This document shows positions 35,795 to 45,891 of a DNA stretch of 64,000 nucleotides, piece after piece. The DNA comes from Macrostomum lignano (Eukaryota), in contig NIVC01003244.1 of assembly GCA_002269645.1 (NCBI GenBank), positions 97,219 to 161,218 on the forward strand, read 5' to 3'. Every line of letters starts with the position of its first letter. Within the stretch, counting starts at the first letter, position 1. A program made the translations under genes and the position numbers. The notes beneath the pieces were generated by a model. The model had not been told where the DNA came from and searched no databases. It saw nothing but the letters and a program-made list of their open reading frames with translations.

Positions 35795-36628
35795 TCAGTT
35801 CGCGGAGTGATCAGCCACGCAGAAAAGTCGTTGCAACAAGCCGGAAGATTTCTGCTGCTGCTGCCTGGCGCCATCCGCGCCTCTTTTAGCCATCAACTTG
35901 CAGCCGCTCTGGTCGCTCACCTTTGAGCTTTTGGATTTCTTGCCTCGCGACTTGCCAGACTTGCCGGACGCCGCCGCCCCAGTAGCCAGGGCTTCTTGAA
36001 CACTCGAACCGGCCCAGATGGCCGTGTCGAACACTTCTTTGAGACATTTCTGAGTCAGCGCGCTGCACTCGATGTACTCCAGTGCGCCAAGCTGTCTGCA
36101 GGCCTTCTCGGCCTCCTCTTTACTAACCGGTGCAGAATTCTTCAACGACAAGTCTAACAATATCGACGCGTCGTCGCGTTGATCGGATTTCAAACCAATG
36201 AGCAGCCGAGCGGCGTGCGCGGGAGCGTGTTCATTCAGCTCCGGCAGCCACTTGGCTTTCAAGGACTCCAGCGACTCCGGCTGGGCGACTGCGAAGCACA
36301 ACAGAAAGACGTGCGCGTCCGGATAGGCTAAGGGGCGGATCTGCTCGAAATGGTCCAAGCCGGGAGTGTCGCACAGAGCCACCCGGCACCAGCGGTGATC
36401 AACGCGAACATCAATAGAATAAGTGTCATACGTAGTTGGCGTATAGGCATTGGGGAAGCCGTTAGTTGTGTAGCTGATCAGGCTGGCTGTTTTGCCTACG
36501 CAGGAATCTCCAACTGCGACGCATTTCAAAGTAACTGGCGGCTGCTGAGGACTGGTGGCTGAGGCGCCATCTGACACAACAGAAGAGTCCTGCTGTTGCT
36601 GCTGTTGCTGCTGTTGCTGCTGGTCCAT
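35795..36628 (-). CDS. Atypical Rho GTPase of the RhoU/RhoV (Wrch-1/Chp) subfamily, intronless
   Basis: 277-aa ORF with KCVAVGDSCVGKT, SYTTNGFP..Y.PT, LCDTPGL, FLLCFAV..PESL, KW.PEL, GLKSD and ECSALTQKCLKEVFDTAIWAG (RhoU/V-type). Poly-Q N-terminus. C-terminus LFCVADHSAN has no CAAX box. Confidence 0.92.
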   Translation of the reverse strand: MDQQQQQQQQQQQDSSVVSDGASATSPQQPPVTLKCVAVGDSCVGKTASLISYTTNGFPNAYTPTTYDTYSIDVRVDHRWCRVALCDTPGLDHFEQIRPLAYPDAHVFLLCFAVAQPESLESLKAKWLPELNEHAPAHAARLLIGLKSDQRDDASILLDLSLKNSAPVSKEEAEKACRQLGALEYIECSALTQKCLKEVFDTAIWAGSSVQEALATGAAASGKSGKSRGKKSKSSKVSDQSGCKLMAKRGADGARQQQQKSSGLLQRLFCVADHSAN

Positions 36629-36845
36629 TAAGAGGCAGCCAAATTAACAGCGGTGAGTTTCTTTGATAAGTCTGGCACACTCCTGTCTCTGATAGTGGAG
36701 AGGTATTTTGATCTGGCTGAAATTGTATAATTGAAACAAATTAATAATTTAGGATTTACAATAAATGTCTTCATCAAAGAAAAAACTCGAGATCTTACTC
36801 CCTTGCTAACAAGCCTAAATCTTAACTTTTAAATAGAATAAAGTA

Positions 36846-39800
36846 TGAGATGCCATGGCTTTCTGGGGAGTTGCTGAGATGCCAATTGACTCAATGGGGA
36901 GTTGCTGAGATGCCAATTGGCTCAATGGGGAGCTGCTGAGATGCCAATTGACTCAATGGGGAGTTGCTGAGATGCCAATTGACTCAATGGGGAGTTGCTG
37001 AGATGCCAATTGACTCAATGGGGGAGCTGCTGAGATGCCAATTGACTCAATGGGGGAGCTGCTGAGATGCCAATTGACTCAATAGGGAGTTGCTGAGATG
37101 CCAATTGACTCAATGGGGAGTTGCTAAGATGCCAATTGACTCAATGGGGAGCTGCTGAGATGCCACTTGACTCAATGGGGAGTTGCTGAGATGCCATGGC
37201 TTTCTGGGGGAGTTGCTGAGATGCCAGTTGACTCAATGGGGGAGTTGCTGATATGCCAATTGACTCAATGGGGGAGTTGCTGAGAAGCCGATTGACTCAA
37301 TGGGGAGTTGCTGAGATGCCGATTGACTCAATGGGGAGTTACTGAGATGCCATGGCTTTCTGGGGGAGTTGCTGAGATGCCAATTGACTCAATGGGGGAG
37401 TTGCTGAGATGCCGATTGACTCAATGGGGAGTTGCTGAGATGCCAATTGACTCAATGGGGAGTTGCTGAGATGCCATGGCTTTCTGGCGGAGTTGCTGAG
37501 ATGCCAATTGACTCAATGGGGAGTTGCTGAGATGCCATGGCTTTCTGGGGGAGTTGCTGAGATGCCAATTGACTCAATGGGGGAGTTGCTGAGATGCCGA
37601 TTGACTCAATGGGGAGTTGCTGAGATGCCATGGCTTTCTGGGGGAGTTGCTGAGATGCCAATTGACTCAATGGGGAGTTGCTGAGATGCCATGGCTTTCT
37701 GGGGAGTTGCTGAGATGCCAATTGACTCAATGGGGAGTTGCTGAGATGCCAATTGACTCAATGGGGGAGTTGCTGAGATGCCAATTGACTCAATGGGGGA
37801 GTTGCTGAGATGCCGATTGACTCAATGGGGAGTTGCTGAGATGCCATGGCTTTCTGGGGGAGTTGCTGAGATGCCAATTGACTCAATGGGGAGTTGCTGA
37901 GATGCCAATTGACTCAATGGGGAGTTGCTGAGATGCCAATTGACTCAATGGGGGAGTTGCTGAGATGCCGATTGACTCAATGGGGAGTTGCTGAGATGCC
38001 AATTGACTCAATGGGGAGTTGCTGAGATGCCATGGCTTTCTGGGGAGTTGCTGAGATGCCAATTGACTCAATGGGGGAGTTGCTGAGATGCCGATTGACT
38101 CAATGGGGAGTTGCTGAGATGCCATGGCTTTCTGGGGGAGTTGCTGAGATGCCAATTGACTCAATGGGGAGTTGCTGAGATGCCATGGCTTTCTGGGGGA
38201 GTTGCTGAGATGCCAATTGACTCAATGGGGAGTTGCTGAGATGCCAATTGACTCAATGGGGGAGTTGCTGAGATGCCAATTGACTCAATGGGGGAGTTGC
38301 TGAGATGCCGATTGACTCAATGGGGAGTTGCTGAGATGCCAATTGACTCAATGGGGAGTTGCTGAGATGCCATGGCTTTCTGGCGGAGTTGCTGAGATGC
38401 CGATTGACTCAATGGGGAGTTGCTGAGATGCCATGGCTTTCTGGGGGAGTTGCTGAGATGCCAATTGACTCAATGGGGGAGTTGCTGAGATGCCGATTGA
38501 CTCAATGGGGAGTTGCTGAGATGCCGATTGACTCAATGGGGAGTTGCTGAGATGCCAATTGACTCAATGGGGAGTTGCTGAGATGCCATGGCTTTCTGGG
38601 GGAGTTGCTGAGATGCCAATTGACTCAATGGGGAGTTGCTGAGATGCCATGGCTTTCTGGGGGAGTTGCTGAGATGCCAATTGACTCAATGGGGGAGTTG
38701 CTGAGATGCCGATTGACTCAATGGGGAGTTGCTGAGATGCCATGGCTTTCTGGGGGAGTTGCTGAGATGCCAATTGACTCAATGGGGAGTTGCTGAGATG
38801 CCATGGCTTTCTGGGGGAGTTGCTGAGATGCCAATTGACTCAATGGGGAGTTGCTGAGATGCCAATTGACTCAATGGGGGAGTTGCTGAGATGCCAATTG
38901 ACTCAATGGGGGAGTTGCTGAGATGCCGATTGACTCAATGGGGAGTTGCTGAGATGCCAATTGACTCAATGGGGAGTTGCTGAGATGCCATGGCTTTCTG
39001 GCGGAGTTGCTGAGATGCCGATTGACTCAATGGGGAGTTGCTGAGATGCCATGGCTTTCTGGGGGAGTTGCTGAGATGCCAATTGACTCAATGGGGGAGT
39101 TGCTGAGATGCCGATTGACTCAATGGGGAGTTGCTGAGATGCCGATTGACTCAATGGGGAGTTGCTGAGATGCCAATTGACTCAATGGGGAGTTGCTGAG
39201 ATGCCATGGCTTTCTGGGGGAGTTGCTGAGATGCCAATTGACTCAATGGGGAGTTGCTGAGATGCCAATTGACTCAATGGGGGAGTTGCTGAGATGCCAA
39301 TTGACTCAATGGGGGAGTTGCTGAGATGCCGATTGACTCAATGGGGAGTTGCTGAGATGCCATGGCTTTCTGGGGGAGTTGCTGAGATGCCAATTGACTC
39401 AATGGGGAGTTGCTGAGATGCCATGGCTTTCTGGGGGAGTTGCTGAGATGCCAATTGACTCAATGGGGAGTTGCTGAGATGCCAATTGACTCAATGGGGA
39501 GTTGCTGAGATGCCAATTGACTCAATGGGGGAGTTGCTGAGATGCCGATTGACTCAATGGGGAGTTGCTGAGATGCCAATTGACTCAATGGGGGAGTTGC
39601 TGAGATGCCATGGCTTTCTGGGGGAGTTGCTGAGATGCCAATTGACTCAATGGGGGAGTTGCTGAGATGCCGATTGACTCAATGGGGAGTTGCTGAGATG
39701 CCATGGCTTTCTGGGGGAGTTGCTGAGATGCCAATTGACTCAATGGGGAGTTGCTGAGATGCCATGGCTTTCTGGGGGAGTTGCTGAGATGCCAATTGAC

Positions 39801-40232
39801 TCAATGGGGAGTTTCTGAGATGCCAATTGACTCAATGGGGGAGTTGCTGAGATGCCAATTGACTCAATGGGGGAGTTGCTGAGATGCCGATTGACTCAAT
39901 GGGGAGTTGCTGAGATGCCAATTGACTCAATGGGGAGTTGCTGAGATGCCATGGCTTTCTGGCGGAGTTGCTGAGATGCCAATTGACTCAATGGGGGAGT
40001 TGCTGAGATGCCGATTGACTCAATGGGGAGTTGCTGAGATGCCGATTGACTCAATGGGGAGTTGCTGAGATGCCATGGCTTTCTGGGGGAGTTGCTGAGA
40101 TGCCAATTGACTCAATGGGGAGTTGCTGAGATGCCATGGCTTTCTGGGGGAGTTGCTGAGATGCCAATTGACTCAATGGGGGAGTTGCTGAGATGCCGAT
40201 TGACTCAATGGGGAGTTGCTGAGACGCCATGG
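36846..40232. repeat. 3.4-kb satellite of 29-32-bp units (GGGGAGTTGCTGAGATGCC+AATTGACTCAAT or +ATGGCTTTCT) with higher-order structure
   Basis: Direct periodicity. ORFs 38348-38536 and 38966-39154 translate identically, 618 bp apart. Confidence 0.97.
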
Positions 40233-41149
40233 CTCAAAGCGGAGTTGCTTGACCCTCAAAAAAGAAAAAAACTGACAACTTAGCCCTAAAATCCAGATAT
40301 CAAAGTAAATGCTTTTCAAATTTCCAAATCAAAGAACTGAGACCGGAACAAATCTTACACAATAGCCAGGCAATTTTGAGATCCTTGCTGCTCCTTCAGT
40401 AATTGGCAATTTCAGAAAAAACTTGAAAAAATTAAAAGAACACTAACAAAAGCATTTACGAAGTAATTAATAAACAATAAAGTTAAGTAAATCAATAAAT
40501 AAGCAAGCATTAAATAAAGAAACAGCTGTTCTAAAAATATTTTAAAGTCAACTACTAATAGTAATATATAAATTAGTTTACACGACAGCAAAATTAAAAG
40601 CAACAATCTGCTTTTGAACTATGGAGCTTAGTAATAAAATGCTTTATAAATTATAATAGATGCCATGGCAACTAAGTCATTGGTAAATTAAATAAATCAT
40701 ACATGGCCAAGTGAAAAAATCAGCATTACGCTGGAGATTACAAAAACTCAAAAAATCATTAAATAAGAGAAATATAAAGCACGCTTGACATACTACTGAT
40801 AAGCTTATAAAATGCTCATTAATATTAGAATTTTAAATAGCTATATTGACTATATTGATAAGCTGTTTATTGCGTTACAAATGTATAAAAATTATAGCAT
40901 ACACAATACTCAGGTACAAAAAAATACATTAAAAATTAAATATTTTGCAATTAATAAATATCTACAATCGGCAATACATGTTGGTTGAAGCGAAAACAAT
41001 TGCCATTATTTTTGGAGGACTAGAAGTGTGCTGCAGCCTTTGGCAAATAAGACTAACTGCTGTTGGCTCAGTGGAAGGGGAATGATTAGAGAACTTTTAA
41101 AATACAAAATGAGAGACCAGCAGAGGATAGCAATGTGGGTGATTAAAGA

Positions 41150-41435
41150 AAGGGAAGAGGGCAAAGAGGGGAAGGGGGTAAAAAAGGAAGAGGGCAAAGG
41201 GGAGAGACGAGGGGGAATAAGGTAAAGAGGGGAAAGAGGGAAAAGAGCGGGTAGAGGGAAGAGGGTAAAGAGGGAAGAGGGTAAAGAGGGAAGAGGGTAA
41301 AGAGGGAAGAGGGTAAAGAGGGAAGAGGGTAAAGAGGGAAGAGGGTAAAGAGGGAAGAGGGTAAAGAGGGAAGAGGGTAAAGAGGGAAGAGGGTAAAGAG
41401 GGAAGAGGGTAAAGAGGGAAGAGGGTAAAGAGGAT
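41150..41435. repeat. Purine-rich 16-bp repeat (GAGGGTAAAGAGGGAA)n
   Basis: About 10 perfect units at 41265-41430. Confidence 0.9.
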
Positions 41436-41546
41436 AAGGACAGTAAGGTGGAAAAATTAAAAGATAATGTATAACCGTAATTCACAAGACAAATTATTGC
41501 AGACAGGGTAAATGAGAAAGAATAGGACACTTGCAGTATTTAAGTC

Positions 41547-43383
41547 TTACTCAAACTTTGTCTGCTGTTGTTGATGAAGCTTTCGCAAGCTGTAGCCGCC
41601 GCTACCCGCAGAGCAGCTCTCGGCTTCAACTAGCAGGCTCTCTTCTAAGCCAGCAGTAGCGGCCGGCGATTCCACCACTACAGACATCTGGCTGCGCAGA
41701 CAACGAGACGACGGTTTCGTTGAAGTTGTCGACGATGTCGAGGCGGTTTCTTGAACGCTGGCCGACCGGAGCAGCCGTCGAGGCCGGCCGCCGCCAGATA
41801 TCAAAGCGGCGGCGGCAGCGGCCGCGGCAGCTCTGCGACTCTGGCGTTTAGTAGCCTTCGGGCGGTGCACGACTTTCCTGACGGAGCCTGGCGTAGCCGC
41901 CGATCCTGACGCTGTGGATGCCGGCGTAGAATTCGCCGGCTTAGTTGGCGTCAGCGGCATCGCTTGAATTGGCCGGAAATGCTGATTGAGCTCCGGCCCG
42001 ATGCTGTCAACCGAGTCGCAGCGCAGGTAGGCGGCGGCGGTGGCGGAGAACAGGCGACAACGATTGTCGACAATTGCCGAAGACTCGTCTGAGTCGTGAC
42101 GGCGAATTGGCGGAGCGGCAAGCGGGTCGCCTGGCTCGGACTGGGGCTCGTCTGGGATCGCCGCTGGGAGGGGGTGATTTTTTATGACGATTTTTATTGC
42201 GGAGATTTATTAGGAGCGATTCTTTAAGGGCGATTTTTAATAGAGCGATTCTTTAGGGACGATTCTTCAAGGGCGATTTTAAGGGCGATTCTTTTTGGGG
42301 CGATTCTTTTTGGGGCGATTCTTTAGGGGCGATTTTTAATGCGGGGGTTCTTAAGAGGCGAGTTTTAATGGGGCGATTCTTTAGGGGGCGATTTTTAATT
42401 GGGAGATTCTTTAGGGGGTGATTTTTATTGGGGAGATTTTTAGTGGTGATATTTATTTGGACGATTCTTTAGGGGACGATTTTAATGGGGATTCTTTAGG
42501 GACGATTTTTAATGGGGTGATTCTCAAAGGCTGGAATTTTTAATTGCGGAGATTTTTAGGGGGCGATTTTTAATGTGAAGATTCTTTAGGGGGCTATTTT
42601 TTAATGGCCGATTTTTTAGAAAGGAGTTTTAATTAGGGGGGGGGGGTTTAGAGGCGATTTTTTGGAAGCGATTTTTGAGGGCGGTTTTTAAAAGAGAATT
42701 TTGAGGTGTTCCTAAGGAAGGAGAATTTTTTACAAAGTCATTCTCATGGTGATAGATTATAGCAATCTTTTCAAAGAAGTGGCGATTTTTCAGAGGCCAC
42801 CACAGCACTCACCGTCAGCCAGAGCGATATCCTCAGCCATGCTCTGCTCCGCCGGTGACATCGCTGTCGCCGTAGCTTCGGCCAGACGCAGTCGGCGAAT
42901 CAACGCCAACGAAGCCGCCTCCTCGGCCGCCTGCTGTGCCCGACGCTCGGCAGTCAAGGCGTCCACCGCGGCCTGCCACTCAGCTTGCAGCTCGCCCGGC
43001 TGCGCCAGCTGACGCCGCTCGGCCCCGTTGTCGGCGCTGCCGCCAGCCTCGACAACTTCAACTAGCCGCGGGTGCAGCTGTTGAATGCGCCGCCATTTGT
43101 CCTGGTTGACCAGCAGCTCCGGATTGCGAGCTCGGCGCATCCACACGGACAGCCGGCGGCGGCACAGGGGGCAGACCAGGCTGCACCAGTCGCCTGAGCA
43201 GGCCTGCATCAGGCAGCCCAGACACAGCTCGTGTTGGCATGGCAACAGCACCGGCTTCACCATCACCGACAGGCAGACTGGGCAGGTGAACGATTCTAAA
43301 TCCGATGATTCTGACGAGGCCGATGATGAAGAGCTTGACGATTCGATTGGAGTCTGGTGCTGCTTCTTTCTGCGAGTTTTCAT
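41547..43383 (-). CDS. RNF168: RNF168/RNF169-like RING E3 ubiquitin ligase (2 coding exons)
   Basis: Exon 43383-42813 (phase 1, GTGAGT) has RING CPVC...LPCQHELCLGC...CPLCRRRLSVWMR...LVNQDKW..IQ..HP and UMI/MIU-like PGELQAEW...ERRAQQAAEEAASLALIRRL. Exon CAG|42163-41547 has CDSVDSIGPELNQHFRPIQAMPLTPTK and a terminal YSLR LRM-like motif. Confidence 0.85.
42175..42700. repeat. Degenerate ~17-19-bp repeat (GGGGCGATT(C/T)TTTA) filling the RNF168 intron
   Basis: Recurrent GGCGATT motifs. Confidence 0.8.
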
Positions 43384-43466
43384 GCTTTGTTTTATTGCGG
43401 AAGCAGAAACAGATGGAGGTGGAGATGCAGTTACCCTGGTGCATCTAGAGCTGATGGCAGTTCTGC

Positions 43467-44390
43467 CCTGATATTACACAACTACAGTAATGTGATATTA
43501 CACAACTACAGTAATCTGATATTACACAACTACAGTAATGTGATATTACACAACTACAGTAACCTGATATTACACAACTATAGTAATGTGATATTACACA
43601 ACTACAGTAATCTGATATTACACAACTACAGTAATGTGATATTACACAACTACAGTAATCTGATATTACACAACTACAGTAATGTGATATTACACAACTA
43701 CAGTAACCTGATATTACACAACTATAGTAATGTGATATTACACAACTACAGTAATGTGATATTACACAACAACAGTAATCTGATATTACACAACTACAGT
43801 AACCTGATATTACACAACTACAGTAATGTGATATTACACAACTACAGTAATCTGATATTACACAACTACAGTAATGTGATATTACACAACTACAGTAATC
43901 TGATATTACACAACTACAGTAATGTGATATTACACAACTACAGTAACCTGATATTACACAACTATAGTAATGTGATATTACACAACTACAGTAATCTGAT
44001 ATTACACAACTACAGTAATGTGATATTACACAACTACAGTAATCTGATATTACACAACTACAGTAATCTGATATTACACAACAACAGTAATCTGATATTA
44101 CACAACTACAGTAACCTGATATTACACAACTACAGTAACCTGATATTACACAACTACAGTAACCTGATATTACACAACTACAGTAACCTGATATTACACA
44201 ACAACAGTAATCTGATATTACACAACTACAGTAACCTGATATTACACAACTACAGTAACCTGATATTACACAACTACAGTAACCTGATATTACACAACTA
44301 CAGTAACCTGATATTACACAACTACAGTAATCTGATATTACACAACTACAGTAACCTGATATTACACAACTACAGTAGTCTGATATTCTA
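43467..44390. repeat. 24-bp minisatellite (CTGATATTACACAACTACAGTAA(T/C))
   Basis: About 38 units; it produces the spurious ILHNYSN ORF. Confidence 0.97.
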
Positions 44391-45179
44391 AAATTATTAA
44401 CAAACTGATATTACATAACTACAGTAAAAGAAACGTCATTACACAAGAGCAAAAATCCAGAATAAGACACCCTACCCTCACTAAGACTAACAAGTACTAA
44501 TTGCTCCAATATCGATTACTAAACTCAACCAATCTGCAGTACAAATGCTAAACAGATAAAGAAGAGTGCAAATAAGAGCTTGCATGATACAAAAGCAGAG
44601 TAATACCTAATGACCCAGAGGAGAGAAAAAGGGCCTTTAGAGAGAGAATACCTCATACACACAGAGAGAGCCATGACACAGAAAGTGCGTGAGAACGACT
44701 GGTCCACTCAACAAGCAAACTCTAATGCAATCTAGTGTTGTTGGCCCAGTGCCAGAAAACTGCACACCCACCACAAACGCACACACTAAAAAGACTTAAT
44801 AAAGAATAGAAAAACTTCAAATATGCAACTCAGCCGCTCGCTAAATATCTACTGCCATTTAAGGATATTACTATTTTTAGACTATACTTTCGGAAACAGT
44901 ACTACTTGGAAAAAAAATTCCTCAACTAATATAATTGGTTTTATAAAAAAGTATAATAGTCATAAAATTATGCAGACGAAGATCTCTACTTATGATATAT
45001 TTTTATAGTAACAGTTTTAGTATTATAAGCAGTAATACATTTATTAGTACAGTATTACTGATAATAAATTGTGTAATATTATCAATTTTTACAAAAAATA
45101 AATGCTTGAATTTTTTTATCTATTGGATGCATTTAATTAGTTAGACACATGAAACAAAAAAACATTTAACTCCTTATCC

Positions 45180-45770
45180 GGGGAGACCCTAAGGATTCGG
45201 GGGAATCTCTTAGGATTCGGGGGAATCCCTTAGGATTCGGGGGAATCCCTTAGGATTCGGAGGAATCCCTTAGGATTCGGGGGAATCCCTTAGGATTCGG
45301 GGGAATCCCTTAGGATTCGGGGAATCCCTTAGGATTCGGGGAATCCCTTAGGATTCGGGGGAATCCCTTAGGATTCGGGGGAATCCCTTAGGATTCGGGG
45401 GAATCCCTTAGGATTCGGGGGAATCCCTTAAAATTCAAGGGAATCTCTTAGGACTCGAGAGGAATCTCTTAAAACTTGAGAGAATGCCTTAAAAAAATTG
45501 GGATTTTGGGGAATCCCTCTAAATTCAAGGGAATCTCTTAGCACTCGTGTCAATCTATTAGGATTCAAGCAAGGGAATCCCTTAGAATTCTGGGGAATCC
45601 CTTACGATTCTAGGGAATTTTTTAGGATTCTGAATAATCTCTTAGGATTCGGGGCAATCCATTAGGATTCTTGGGAATTCTGGGGAATCCCTTAGGATTT
45701 AGGGCAATCTATTAGGATAATTGGGAACTCTGGGGAATCCCTTAGGATTCGGGGCAATCCCGTTTAAAGA
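45180..45770. repeat. 20-bp palindromic minisatellite (GGGGAATCCCTTAGGATTCG), perfect to about 45430 then degenerate
   Basis: Each unit contains the inverted pair GAATCC-N4-GGATTC. Confidence 0.92.
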
Positions 45771-45891
45771 CGTGGCGGAAATCCATAACGATTTTTCTAA
45801 AATTTGCGAGGTTTCAGTAGAACAATCACAGAATCTTCGGGGATCATTCCTGATTCGAATAAATCCCAAACAAAGAGAGTAAGGCAAAGCT

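Noticed and set aside
41006-41130. Third RNF168 exon after the GA|GTAAGA site
   Set aside because: The continuation shows no recognisable motif, and the LRM-like YSLR already lies near the stop at 41547.
43357-44391. 344-aa ILHNYSN repeat protein (also the MGNCTQWG, HPSI/MDGW, CLSV, QKTTVRV and SQQLP ORFs)
   Set aside because: These are translations of stop-free tandem repeats lying in introns or intergenic DNA.
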